A stretch of DNA of 64,000 nucleotides from Macrostomum lignano (taxonomy: Eukaryota): NCBI GenBank assembly GCA_002269645.1, contig NIVC01000386.1:496001-560000 (forward strand), written 5' to 3'. The translations under genes were made by a program, and so were the position numbers. Below, in pieces: positions 25,201-35,343 of this stretch. The notes under the pieces are model-generated. The model was given only the letters and a program-made list of their open reading frames with translations. It was not told where the DNA came from and did not search any database. The first letter of the stretch is position 1; each line of letters opens with the position of its first letter.

Positions 25201-27250
25201 CCCGGAGCTGCTCCGTCTGCTTCAGCTCGGCTCCCAGACCATCGCTGGGATCTCAAAGGCCTCGACCGCAGACGCTGCCAGAACTTACAGAACTGAAGTC
25301 ACGATCGATGTAGTGAGCAATACGAGCGAGGGCTCAGACATAAGGAATCGAAATGGCATCGAAGGTAAGGCTCAGAATAGCACAGAGTGTGTAATGCGAA
25401 AGTTGATTTCCGAAATAAACCGCTATAAAACACGTTCCATATAGACTACTATTTTGGTACAGATTAGAGTAGTTGAAAACGTAAATCTTAGTGCTTTAAT
25501 GTAATATTTTTGGAGAAAAAATCTAGCTTTTATGGAGTGATTAGAACAGAGAGTTATAATGATATAAATAAATTGCACATAATTCTGTAGGTCATTCTTG
25601 ACAACTGGATGACTTGGTTATGCTGCGCTCTTTTAGAAACTACTCAAACCTCTTCTCCCGTCGTGGAGCGCCAAAATCAGAGGCGTCCCGAGCGACCGAA
25701 AGTTCGATTCCGACGCGACTCCCCGCTTGCCGATACCGCCAGCCCGATTCTGTCGGACAGCGAAGAAGAGCGCAACCTTGAAGGAGGCCGACCGCTGTCG
25801 GAGGTGATCGAGGACTACAAACGTGAGGAGACGGAAGCCAAATCGCGACTGGTGATCTCCTGCGTGGTGGATACAAAAGACAAGGCGGTGCTGTCGCTTG
25901 ATGAGGCCGTCCAGCGGGGCATTGTCAGCTGGGACACTGGGAGCTACTTGAACCGCGAGACCGGCGACTGGATGCCGATTCAGGCCGCGCTGTCACGGGG
26001 TGAGTCTTGGTTTTGGTGACTTCCAGGCAGATAATTCTCGAACTCATGCTCAACAAGTATAATCAAGGACTTCCAATGTTAAACTCAGCCAAACAGATAC
26101 CAATCCTAATGTGTCCAGTGCAAGTAGCAAGCATGCATCGGACACTACAAGTTGTACACATCCACCTATACTAAATCTCTAATCTTCCTATATACCAAGC
26201 CTCTAAGGTTTGTATACTTATCCAACTATACGAAAAATGGTCTGTAGGTAGGTATCTAGGTATCTACGTACGAGTATGTGTGATCAATTTTAGCAAAAAC
26301 TAGCAAGCTAGTCCCCCTTTCAAGGCGCGAAATAAGCAAGGAGCAAAAATTATTCATGGAAAACAATTATCAATAAAAAGCACTTTTTCTCAAGAACCAA
26401 TTCCTTCTTTAGTTTTATAAATCACCTTATTCGAGTAAAATTGTCACGGACAAAGACGTTTGCTATGAATCACTTTTTTCAAAAATTAACAAGAAAACAA
26501 AATATAGCATTCACAAAGATAACAGACATTGATACATGCGTCTTGGCAAAGAAATTGCTAGATGCTAAAGGGATTAAATATTCGAAAAATATGCTTTTTT
26601 GCAAAGGTCAAGCAGACTTTTCGACTTGACACATGTATGCTCTAAAAACGTGGGAAGTTTAGGAAAACAGTACTTAAAAAAGCATGTACACTGTTCATTG
26701 TAGTTTTGACTTCATCTAGGATGCCAAAGTACAAATATTAGTCTACCGAATATTAGACGGTAGAGATATATCAGTTATCAATCAATTACTAAGAGAGTTT
26801 GGAACTGCACAGCCAAGCAGAAATGTAACTTTTTCGGTAGTAAGTTAAGGTTTGCCCGTCTCATCAATGCATTTTGGGGCGAAAACCGGCCTTCAACTTT
26901 TTGTAAATGTAATGCATCCGCATTCTTCAGGTCTGATTATCGCCGAGAGTCGCACGGAGGGCCGCGCCAAGGTGAAAAACCGTCGAGTCTACGGCCTGGT
27001 GACGCTGCAATCGACCGATTCGAAGTCCGCGGACAAGCTGGCAAAGGCAGCTGGAGACGGCGGCAGCTACCTCATCTACAGCGCGCTGGACGTGGCCAAC
27101 GGAACGGCGCTGAGCTTCCAGGCGGCTAAGGAGGCGGGCGTCATCGATGCAGAGGAGGGCGTCTTCTGGAACAGCCGCACCGGCGAGGCTCTCGAGCTGC
27201 CCGTCGCCATCAAAAAGGGCTTCGTGCGGGCCAGGAAGGTCGTCACTTAA
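19253..27250 (+). CDS. Short plakin-family protein (spectrin-like repeat, plakin SH3, plectin-like C-terminal repeats); 5' end unresolved
   Basis: Spliced exons give LEQQKSYHL|FYQTLAHYEASLE (spectrin repeat-like) and RPAQLLVDFAAPE|VSVKTGSEVFLVDNTNRDQWIVETCGGVCLGVPSLCV (plakin SH3 pattern across the phase-0 intron 20632-24130). Later exons include 24470-24683, ~25638-25999 (LSLDEAVQRGIV...YLNRETGDWMPIQAALSRG) and 26931-27250 (LSFQAAKEAGVID...NSRTGEALELPVAIKKG). Confidence 0.75.
21429..23378 (-). CDS. PLB1-like: Secreted single-domain phospholipase B1-like GDSL/SGNH lipase (exons 23378-23007, 22903-22646, 22526-22084, 21633-21429), nested antisense in a plakin intron
   Basis: Signal peptide MQIPLLLLLAALFGCSAG; VVGAIGDSISAGSG (block I), WKVITLFIGGNDLC (block III), PDLAYFAPDCFHLS (block V), ALWNNMIEPVG. 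Three GT-AG introns give a continuous frame. Confidence 0.92.
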
Positions 27251-29436
27251 AATTGATTTTATCATCAACCCTAAGCATCATTTTATCCGACTATCATTGT
27301 AAACTATCGCAAGACCTGCTCATCACGGAATTCTTTATGTACTTTTCAACAGACATGCCAGAATATTTACTCTCATGAGGAGTACAGTTGTATTTCCAGT
27401 TTTTTACGGAACATAATATGATGTGCATAAGTTTATAAAACGGGTACTGGGTTTTCAACATAAAATGTTAGGATTTACGTATATTTTGTAAATTTTGATT
27501 CAGTCTCCTTACTGTTAAAGCATGGCTAAACTAGTCATAGCTGTTTACCAGTTCATTTGCCCTGAATCGAATTGCTATAGATGGCAAGCATGTAATTGTA
27601 AAAACGAAGTTCCACGCTTATTCGTCACATGCGCATCAAGTTCGTGCGTACCAATCCAGTTGTAAGTAGACCCGCCATATACTAAATCTGAAAGGAAAGA
27701 AATGCTTGTAATTTCAAGGCGCACAAAATTTGTTGGTTGCAGAGACCCTCTCTGTGCACCGGAAGCATTAGTAAAGAGTCCTATCCGAATGGAAAACGAA
27801 AATATTGTAACCAATTTGCTTTAGTTTGAGAGTTCTTGTGGTTAACAATTTAAAGGGGCTTTTGGTTAAACAAAATTTTGTTAAATTATATATTACGAGT
27901 ATATGACATGGAAAAGCAATTAACCACTGGATTGAATTTTCAATTGCTAAGCCTTCTATCCACATGTAAACCGAAATAAGTCAGGTTATAAAATTACTTG
28001 ACAAAATCTTAGCAGGATCTGGCAAAATTTGCCGGTAAATCCATGAGAATTCCTCGGCAAGCCCACGGAAAATCCGCAAAATTTCCAGGAAAATGGTTCC
28101 TATTTCTTGTTTATAAAAGTAGACGCCTCTACGGTAGACCTGATAACACCTAATATTGAAACTGACGTCTCTCAGCGCAATTTTCAAAGTCGGCCAGTGC
28201 CACAGTCAGCTCTCAGCATGTAAGTAATAAGTAACTATGTATGGTTTCTGGCTGTGGCTCATAACTATTAATTTTTGGCCATTAAAGTCCTGTCTGGTGC
28301 ATGAAAATCTAGAAATTAGCGATTTGGCGCTGTTTTTGCAGCCCTTACCATCCCTTTGCCTACCCTTTTCGTCAGCTAAAGCGGAATCGAACCCGGGATG
28401 AAGCCACTCATGATTACACAAAGCTTTACAACAGTTTTAGGACAGATGACGGAATCCAAGAATGCATTTTAAAAGCCAGCAGCAAGTTAGGCTGTCTTGT
28501 CGGAGTCTCCAGAGCCGAAAAACAGATCACGGATGAGTCTAAAGCCAGAAAATTTCTGTCTGGTACAGAGAACGAGAAGGAGTCTGTTGAGAGACTTATT
28601 TCAAATATTGCATTTGCAGTTAATCAAAAAGCTTTAGTAACGATAACAATATTTTAAGACGGAACTGCGAGGTCCTGCAGCTGGATGCGAGATATTGGAA
28701 GCTAAAAATTTAGAATCGTGAGGCCTTGCTTATCTTTGGATATAAATTAACAGTACTATCAATAATCTAAAACGGCTGCAAAAATGTCGGTATGGTCGAA
28801 AGAGCAGCATCCCAGTTTAGGAAAATTGTCGGCCTACTATAGTCAGCTGATAGTTTAACTCTTCAAAAACTCGTTCAATACTTTGCACAGAAAGCTCTAC
28901 ACCAACCCATTGGCAACGAAATTCTCTGTGTTCCATCATGCGCGGATTTTTTATAGAAGATGGGGAATTTAAATAAGCAGAGTAACTGTTTCTTCCCATA
29001 ATTTACATTATTATTGAATTTTTAAGTTTTATTTACGAGCGACGAGCGTCAAATGTCTAAAACTAGAATGAAAACTGCAGTGTCTTCGAAAAATAAGGTA
29101 TAGCTTCATCGAGGTACCAGATATTCACAAACTTCAATTGAAACCAGCGTGCGCTTCAATGGGTTTTCAGCTGTTGGTTGTGGCTAAATTGTCCCAGGGA
29201 GTCCGAATTTCAACCCTTCAGAGATGGTCAACAACAACAACAGGGTTCCCGATCCCGCTGACGACACTCACAGAGCTTGCAGAGCAGCATCCTGATTACA
29301 TCCTAACCTTTTGGCAGCAGTAGGAACTACTAATTTTTGCTCCCTTGCTACTCAGATTACAAAATTTTCTCTATGTTGTCCTTGTTAAAATAATTTTGCA
29401 TAATTTCATAATTTCACTGCTTAAACAAAACTTCAG

Positions 29437-30376
29437 GTCTGGAGATGGTGGTAAAGATCATATTCTAGATTTCGTCTTTGAAGCAAACACAAAGTCAAGC
29501 GCTGTGCGGAAAACCGCTGCTAAAGTAACAGAAGGTGTCTCCAGAGCCGAACAAAAGATCGCGAGCATTGATTCTGCAGCCAAAAAATTGCCGCCTGGCA
29601 GCAAGAGGAACTCTGTTGAGAAACATATTTCAGCTATTCGCAGTGCTTCGTATAAACTTGATAACAACAACAGGATTTTAGAAGAGAACTCCGTGTCTCT
29701 TGCTAATGGCTGGGTGAAATTAAGAAATGAAATTAAAAATATGAAAAAGCCTTACTCCACTTCGGATTTAAAAAAGATGATCAAACAGCTGAAAGAGCTG
29801 CAAGCTAAATGCAACGCTTGTCGGAAGAGCTGCGACCCAGTTCAGAAAAGCTTAAACTCCGTAAGAGATTTATGTGCGAGAGCAAAAGATGACTGCTCAA
29901 GTGCTGCTGATAAGGCGAGAGAGAAGGAGGGGAGAGTTAAACTCATTGGTGGCTTAGCTACTGGCGCTTTGATAGTAGCGACCGCTGGGGCAGGAGCTGC
30001 CGCAGCTGGTGCGATCAAAGTAGCTGCTGTGACAGCAAAGACTGCTGGAATCACGGCAGGTGGTCTGGGAGTCGGAGCCGCTGTCGCTGGCGGCACCACT
30101 TGGTACCTGTCGGACTACTATAGCCACATAGCTGACAATTTCAAGGCTTCGAAAAACTCGTTCAATGCTTTGGACAGCGAGCTCTCCTCAATATGCAGCC
30201 AGCTGACACAACTTCAAGAAGAAACAGACAAACTGCTTGAAAGCCTTCAGGTGGGCGAGGCTCTCCAGTCGGATGCTCTGAAAACGAAGAAAGCTCTGGA
30301 AAAGGCGATGTCTGAAAAGGCTGCTCTCGAAAAGGAGTTGGAAGAGTATCGCAAGAAAAAAAGCACTGGAAATTAA
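29437..30376 (+). CDS. Orphan helical/coiled-coil protein with a Gly/Ala-rich hydrophobic hairpin (probably the last exon; 5' exon not resolved)
   Basis: Stop-free ORF 29345-30376; its AT-rich first ~30 codons look intronic and end in an acceptor ttcag at 29436. Heptad-rich helices flank LIGGLATGALIVATAGAGAAAAG...AGITAGGLGVGAAVAGG. Confidence 0.75.
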
Positions 30377-31459
30377 AAAACGCACCCGTGTGAGTCAGCA
30401 GAGCTACTCAAGATGGGTCAGGCGTAAAAAGCTTAAGTACATGCTAATCGTAAAGTCGACTGTAGCTACGGTGATTGATAGCCACCCTGAACGAAACGAA
30501 ATTTTTTTACAGTTACAGTAATACAGTAATAATTGTTCGCAGATTTCTTGTTCAATAGAAAAATTCTAGCAAGTTTCAAGCAGTAAAAGTTTCAAAAAAT
30601 AACTAATTCAATTATCGTTGTTTGCTATTTGAATAAACATTAACAATATTTGTATTATTACTGATGTGCTTTAAAAATTTAAACAAAACTGCGATGGATG
30701 AGGAACAGGGAAGACACAACCCCAAAAATAAGGGGATGCCATTGTGCAGTAAATCCTGCTTCCTTGAAGACGTCACAAAGGTTGATCAGCAAGGAAACAG
30801 TTAAAAACATTTTTTCTCGTTGTTAGCGTAAATAATAGCAAATTTAATTCCAGTTTTGTCTGAATGTTTTTAAACAGAAATAGCGCTAAACACATGCTTA
30901 GCCCTATTTTTATCAGAACATGTTATACACGCTGATATTCAGAACACTTTTTATATTCTCTCCACTATATATTTTAATGGTGTTTTCTTTTACTTTTAAT
31001 TTCAGTAAATAAAATGTCTGAGTTAGCGTTAGATTTTCTTTCTGAATTTTTACTAACTGCTGAATTCGCCTATAGTTCTTGTTGTTTCATTTCTGTACAA
31101 TTTCACAGTTTAGCGGCAAAATATACCATTGTCACTACTTACGATTACTGAGTAGTGCAGCGCCAAAATTAATTCTTAGATTCAAACTCTAAATCAAAAA
31201 ACGGTCTTACGGCCTTACTCGTTAAAAAAGTTGGAGCCACGAACACTCGAGACCCGCGGTGCCGCTGGCCTCTATACGTGTATGCATGAGACTGCTGTCT
31301 TTTGACGTTGTCAATTGTCTTTTTATTTGAAGGAGACAATTCAACAGCGAACATTTTAGACTCTCACACCAGTACTGCATCAGGCAGTCACGTGACCTGT
31401 AAAATCAACCAGCCAGGAGCTTCCATCCTAAAGTTCTACGTAGAACGTAAAATAACTTG

Positions 31460-31823
31460 ACAGGCACTCGCAGATGGTGTTGTCAATCAAACGGGGACAG
31501 GCACTCGCAAATGGTGTTGTCAATCAAACGGGGACATGCACTCGCAGATGGTGTTGTCAATCAAACGGGGACAGGCACTCGCAGATGGTGTTGTCAATCA
31601 AACGGGGACATGCACTCGCAAATGGTGTTGTCAATCAAACGGGGACAGGCACTCGCAAATGGTTTTGTCAATCAAACGGGGACAGGCACTCGCAAATGGT
31701 TTTGTCAATCAAACGGGGACAGGCACTCGCAAATGGTTTTGTCAATCAAACGGGGACAGGCACTCGCAAATGGTGTTGTCAATCAAACGGGGACAGGCAC
31801 TCGCAGATGGTGTTGTCAATCAA
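31460..31823. repeat. 37-bp tandem repeat, ~10 copies, overlapping the stop codon of the lectin-like ORF
   Basis: acaggcactcgca(a/g)atggtgttgtcaatcaaacgggg every 37 bp from 31460 to 31793. Confidence 0.95.
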
Positions 31824-32287
31824 CTGCCGGTTCTCGGGCGAGTCGAACAGAACCATCTTGTCGCGGCGCAGCTTGATGGCGTTCGCCTTTCCTAGAAAAT
31901 TGTTGGGGTCGCCCGGGTACCACAGCCGGGCGTCGATCTCGATGCCGCAGTCGGTCCAGTGCCAGCCGCCACCGGGCTCGGGGCTCCCCGGGCTCTGGTA
32001 GCCGCCCAGCCAGAACAGGTCGTCGGCAGCGGCGGAGATCCCCACCAGGTGGCTCAGCTCCGCCATGTCCGTCACGTCCGCCATGATGGTGAGTCCGGGC
32101 TCGGAGTTGCACTTATCTCTGCTCAGCTGCCACTCTCCGGGAACTTCGAAAACTCGGTACTTCACTCCGCACAGCTCGTCGCCGTAGCCGGCCGGACACA
32201 GCGAGCCCGCCGAGAGTCCCGGCTGCCGCTTCACGAACAGGCGGCCTCTCCTGGAGCAGCCGCAGTCCCGACTTGCTGCACTTGTCT
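31779..32287 (-). pseudogene. 5'-truncated paralog of the PAN + C-type lectin gene (linker + CTLD only)
   Basis: Nearly identical to 34470-34645 up to cttgctgcacttgtc (~32287), where homology stops; 5-nt deletion just inside the break; CTLD motifs FWLGG, GWHWTDC, WYPGDPNN, CEC. A spliced form via tttcaag|ac cannot be excluded. Confidence 0.6.
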
Positions 32288-32787
32288 TGAAATTTCCATT
32301 AGATTCTAAAACTGCTTCGGTTCACTTGGCTTCAGATTTCTGCTGCTGGTAGCAACACAATGGCTCGCTGGCAAACCGGTTGGCTTCACCGGCTCTTCAT
32401 TGCTGGTCCTCAAAGACGACATGAGAGGCCCTCGATTCGAGTGGAGGGAGAGCGGCGCCAAGCTTGAGTGCGACTGAATGGATTGGATGAAAAGCTTGCA
32501 AGCTCGCTTCAAACCGTCGAAAATGCATAGTCAGAGCTCCTGCTCAGGCTGCTGCAGTTTTGAACAACTTTTTTGGCTCTAGTAGAGCAGAGGTTCAGAT
32601 AATAGCTCAATCTAAAGCTGCTAAGCAAAGCTCAATTCTCAAGTTCTCAAGCTGATTTAGTCCTCAGGAGTTTACTATTATTTTTGGTCTTTTTAGTATA
32701 TATTGATATATGGGATTTAGGTTTATAACCTTATGTAGCTAAAACCTACACTATAAAATTGATACTTTTGGATGGACGGACGGACAA

Positions 32788-32793
32788 GCAGAC

Positions 32794-32858
<65 letters not shown>
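32788..32858. repeat. (GACA)n microsatellite
   Basis: Direct reading. Confidence 0.97.
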
Positions 32859-32906
32859 GGAGTTTCAGGATTATTGGCTTAAATATTTCGTTTATATTTC
32901 GTTTAG

Positions 32907-33595
32907 AAGATATAAACTCAAGGAACATGGCTACAGGTACAAGATATAAATTCAAGGAGCACGGCTACAGGTACAAGATATAAGTTCAAGGATCACGGCT
33001 ACAGGTACAAGATATAAATTCAAGGAGCACGGCTACAGGTACAAGATATAAATTCAAGGAGCACGGCTACAGGTGCAAGATATAAATTCAAGGAACACGG
33101 CTACAGGTACAAGATATAAGTTCAAGGATCACGGCTACAGGTACAAGATATAAATTCAAGGAGCACGGCTACAGGTGCAAGATATAAATTCAAGGAACAC
33201 GGCTACAGGTACAAGATATAAATTCAAGGAACACGGCTACAGGTACAAGATATAAATTCAAGGATCACGGCTACAGGTGCAAGATATAAATTCAAGGAGC
33301 ACGGCTACAGGTACAAGATATAAGTTCAAGGATCACGGCTACAGGTGCAAGATATAAATTCAAGGAACACGGCTACAGGTACAAGATATAAATTCAAGGA
33401 ACACGGCTACAGGTACAAGATATAAATTCAAGGATCACGGCTACAGGTGCAGGATATAAATTCAAGGAGCACGGCTACAGGTACAAGATATAAGTTCAAG
33501 GATCACGGCTACAGGTGCAAGATATAAATTAATTAGGAACACGGCTACAGATACAAGAATTAAATTCAAGGAACACAGCTTCAGGTACAAGATTC
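32907..33595. repeat. 34-bp tandem repeat, ~19-20 copies
   Basis: ggctacaggtacaagatataaattcaagga(g/t/a)cac at 32929, 32963, 32997 and onward. Confidence 0.97.
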
Positions 33596-34132
33596 AAGGG
33601 AAACAGCCAAGGTTATCTGCTCGAAGTGATAGGTGAAATGAAATCTCAGATCCAACCGGTTTGTAGCCACAAGAGCAGATAAAAAATTAATTACAACAAG
33701 TACTGTAGTTCTCACTGCATCCATAAAAAATAGCTAAGAATACAAGCGTCAAGTCGCATTCTAACTTCATTGAAGTGGAGGAAAATCTGCCAGAGAATTT
33801 GGCAATTTTTGATTTCTTAGAAAAGAGAAGCTGCGATTCTGTTTGAAAAGCCGGAGACAAATTCGTTTCAGGCTCGGTGGGAGCCATGTGGCAGCCAAGG
33901 AGATCAACCGAGAGTGACAGTTGTGAGGCGGGCATGCTCAGAACACAGCGAAACCTGTGAGGAACGGGTGGCAGTGCGTCAAAAGCAAAAAGACATTTCG
34001 GAAATCGAAATATTTAAAACTCATTTTAAGCGAAAAATCGGGGGTTAAAAAACTGGTTTAACCAGTTCTTAGGGTCCGTTTCCAAAATGTGGCTTCTGAC
34101 ATTTTCAACAGAGACGGTGTGCGACAACAGAC

Positions 34133-34873
34133 TCAGTCGAAAGGCGATACGCATTCACAAAGGGCGCCAAAGAGACCCATGTCGGTGATGTCCACTACGT
34201 CTGTTACGGTCGGGAATAGAGCGGTGGCCATTTCGCTAAATCCACTCGGTTCACCAGTTCCCCACACAGAGCCGATCGTGATGTTGCAGCCGACCCAGAA
34301 CCAGCCATCTGTCTCCTGGGCTCCCGGAAACACCCGGTAGCCGCCCAGGTACATGGGATTGGTGGGGGAGTGAGCGACAAACAGGACATTCACGTGGCTC
34401 AGCTCAGCTGCGTCAGCGACATCGGCCATGATCACCAGGCCCGGCTCCGACTCGCACCTTCCTCTCTGAACCGCCCAAGTTGCGTTGTTCTTCAGCACGC
34501 GGTACTTCACTCCGCACAGCTCGTCGCCGTAGCCCACAGGACACAGCGAGCCCGCCGAGAGTCCCGGCTGCCGCTTCACGAACAGGCGGCCTCTCCTGGA
34601 GCAGCTGCAGTCCCTCACCGACTTGCTGCACTTGTCGAACACGAACAGCTGGCACAGACCGTCGGCGGTGGTGAAGGCCTGGCAGCGCTGATCGGAGCCG
34701 CAATGCAGAGAGCACGGCAGGTCCGAGGTGATGCCGCTCAGGTTGCGGGTGAAGGCGCTGCGGATGCAGAGGGAGCCATTGGTGAGTTGTCTGAAGCACT
34801 GCTCAATCTCTTGAGCAGCAATGAGACAGACAGCTGGGAGACTGCAAAGGATTAGACCAGCCTTTGCATTCAT
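34133..34873 (-). CDS. Secreted PAN/apple + C-type lectin-like protein, intronless CDS
   Basis: ATG 34873, signal peptide MNAKAGLILCSLPAVCLIAA; PAN SDLPCSLHCGSDQRCQAFTTADGLCQL; CTLD RCESEPGL..MADV...MYLGG...WFWVGC...WGTGEPS...LCEC. Confidence 0.85.
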   Translation of the reverse strand: MNAKAGLILCSLPAVCLIAAQEIEQCFRQLTNGSLCIRSAFTRNLSGITSDLPCSLHCGSDQRCQAFTTADGLCQLFVFDKCSKSVRDCSCSRRGRLFVKRQPGLSAGSLCPVGYGDELCGVKYRVLKNNATWAVQRGRCESEPGLVIMADVADAAELSHVNVLFVAHSPTNPMYLGGYRVFPGAQETDGWFWVGCNITIGSVWGTGEPSGFSEMATALFPTVTDVVDITDMGLFGALCECVSPFD

Positions 34874-35343
34874 TGAACTCAGATGATGTTGCGGACGCAA
34901 GACGCAAATTTTTTAATCTGAAGGCAAGCTTAATATGAGTACGTAGGGTTGCATTTGACAAGAGTCGCAGTGCCGCTCTGCCATTGGCTGATCAAAATAA
35001 TCATACAACGTAGCGGCGCATGAAAAAGATGGAAAACTATTATGGGGCCGAGCTGCCGGCCAGCTCGCGAAAGTGTATTCAGCTCGCCAGTGACGCATGA
35101 AACGGGCCAGGCCTATGGGCTTAAAACACTGGCAGACTCTCTAGGGGACTTCCAAAACCACAGGAAGTCCACGAAATGCGTCCTGCAGCTAAGTGAAGAG
35201 CTGAAGGTTAAAAAAGTCAGACACTGATTTTGTCACGTCAGGCGCCGAACCAGTTTAATGGACTATGAAGCCAAACAGAGCCACAGAGGCAAGAGCTTGC
35301 TGAATAATTGGGGTACAAAGAGAAAATCAGAGGCACAAAGGAG

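Noticed and set aside
31387-31396. Perfect GTCACGTGAC (CLEAR) motif
   Set aside because: Downstream of both neighbouring genes, not in a promoter position.
31460-33595. 34-37-bp tandem arrays of CRISPR-repeat size
   Set aside because: Head-to-tail units with no unique spacers, no cas genes, eukaryotic context.
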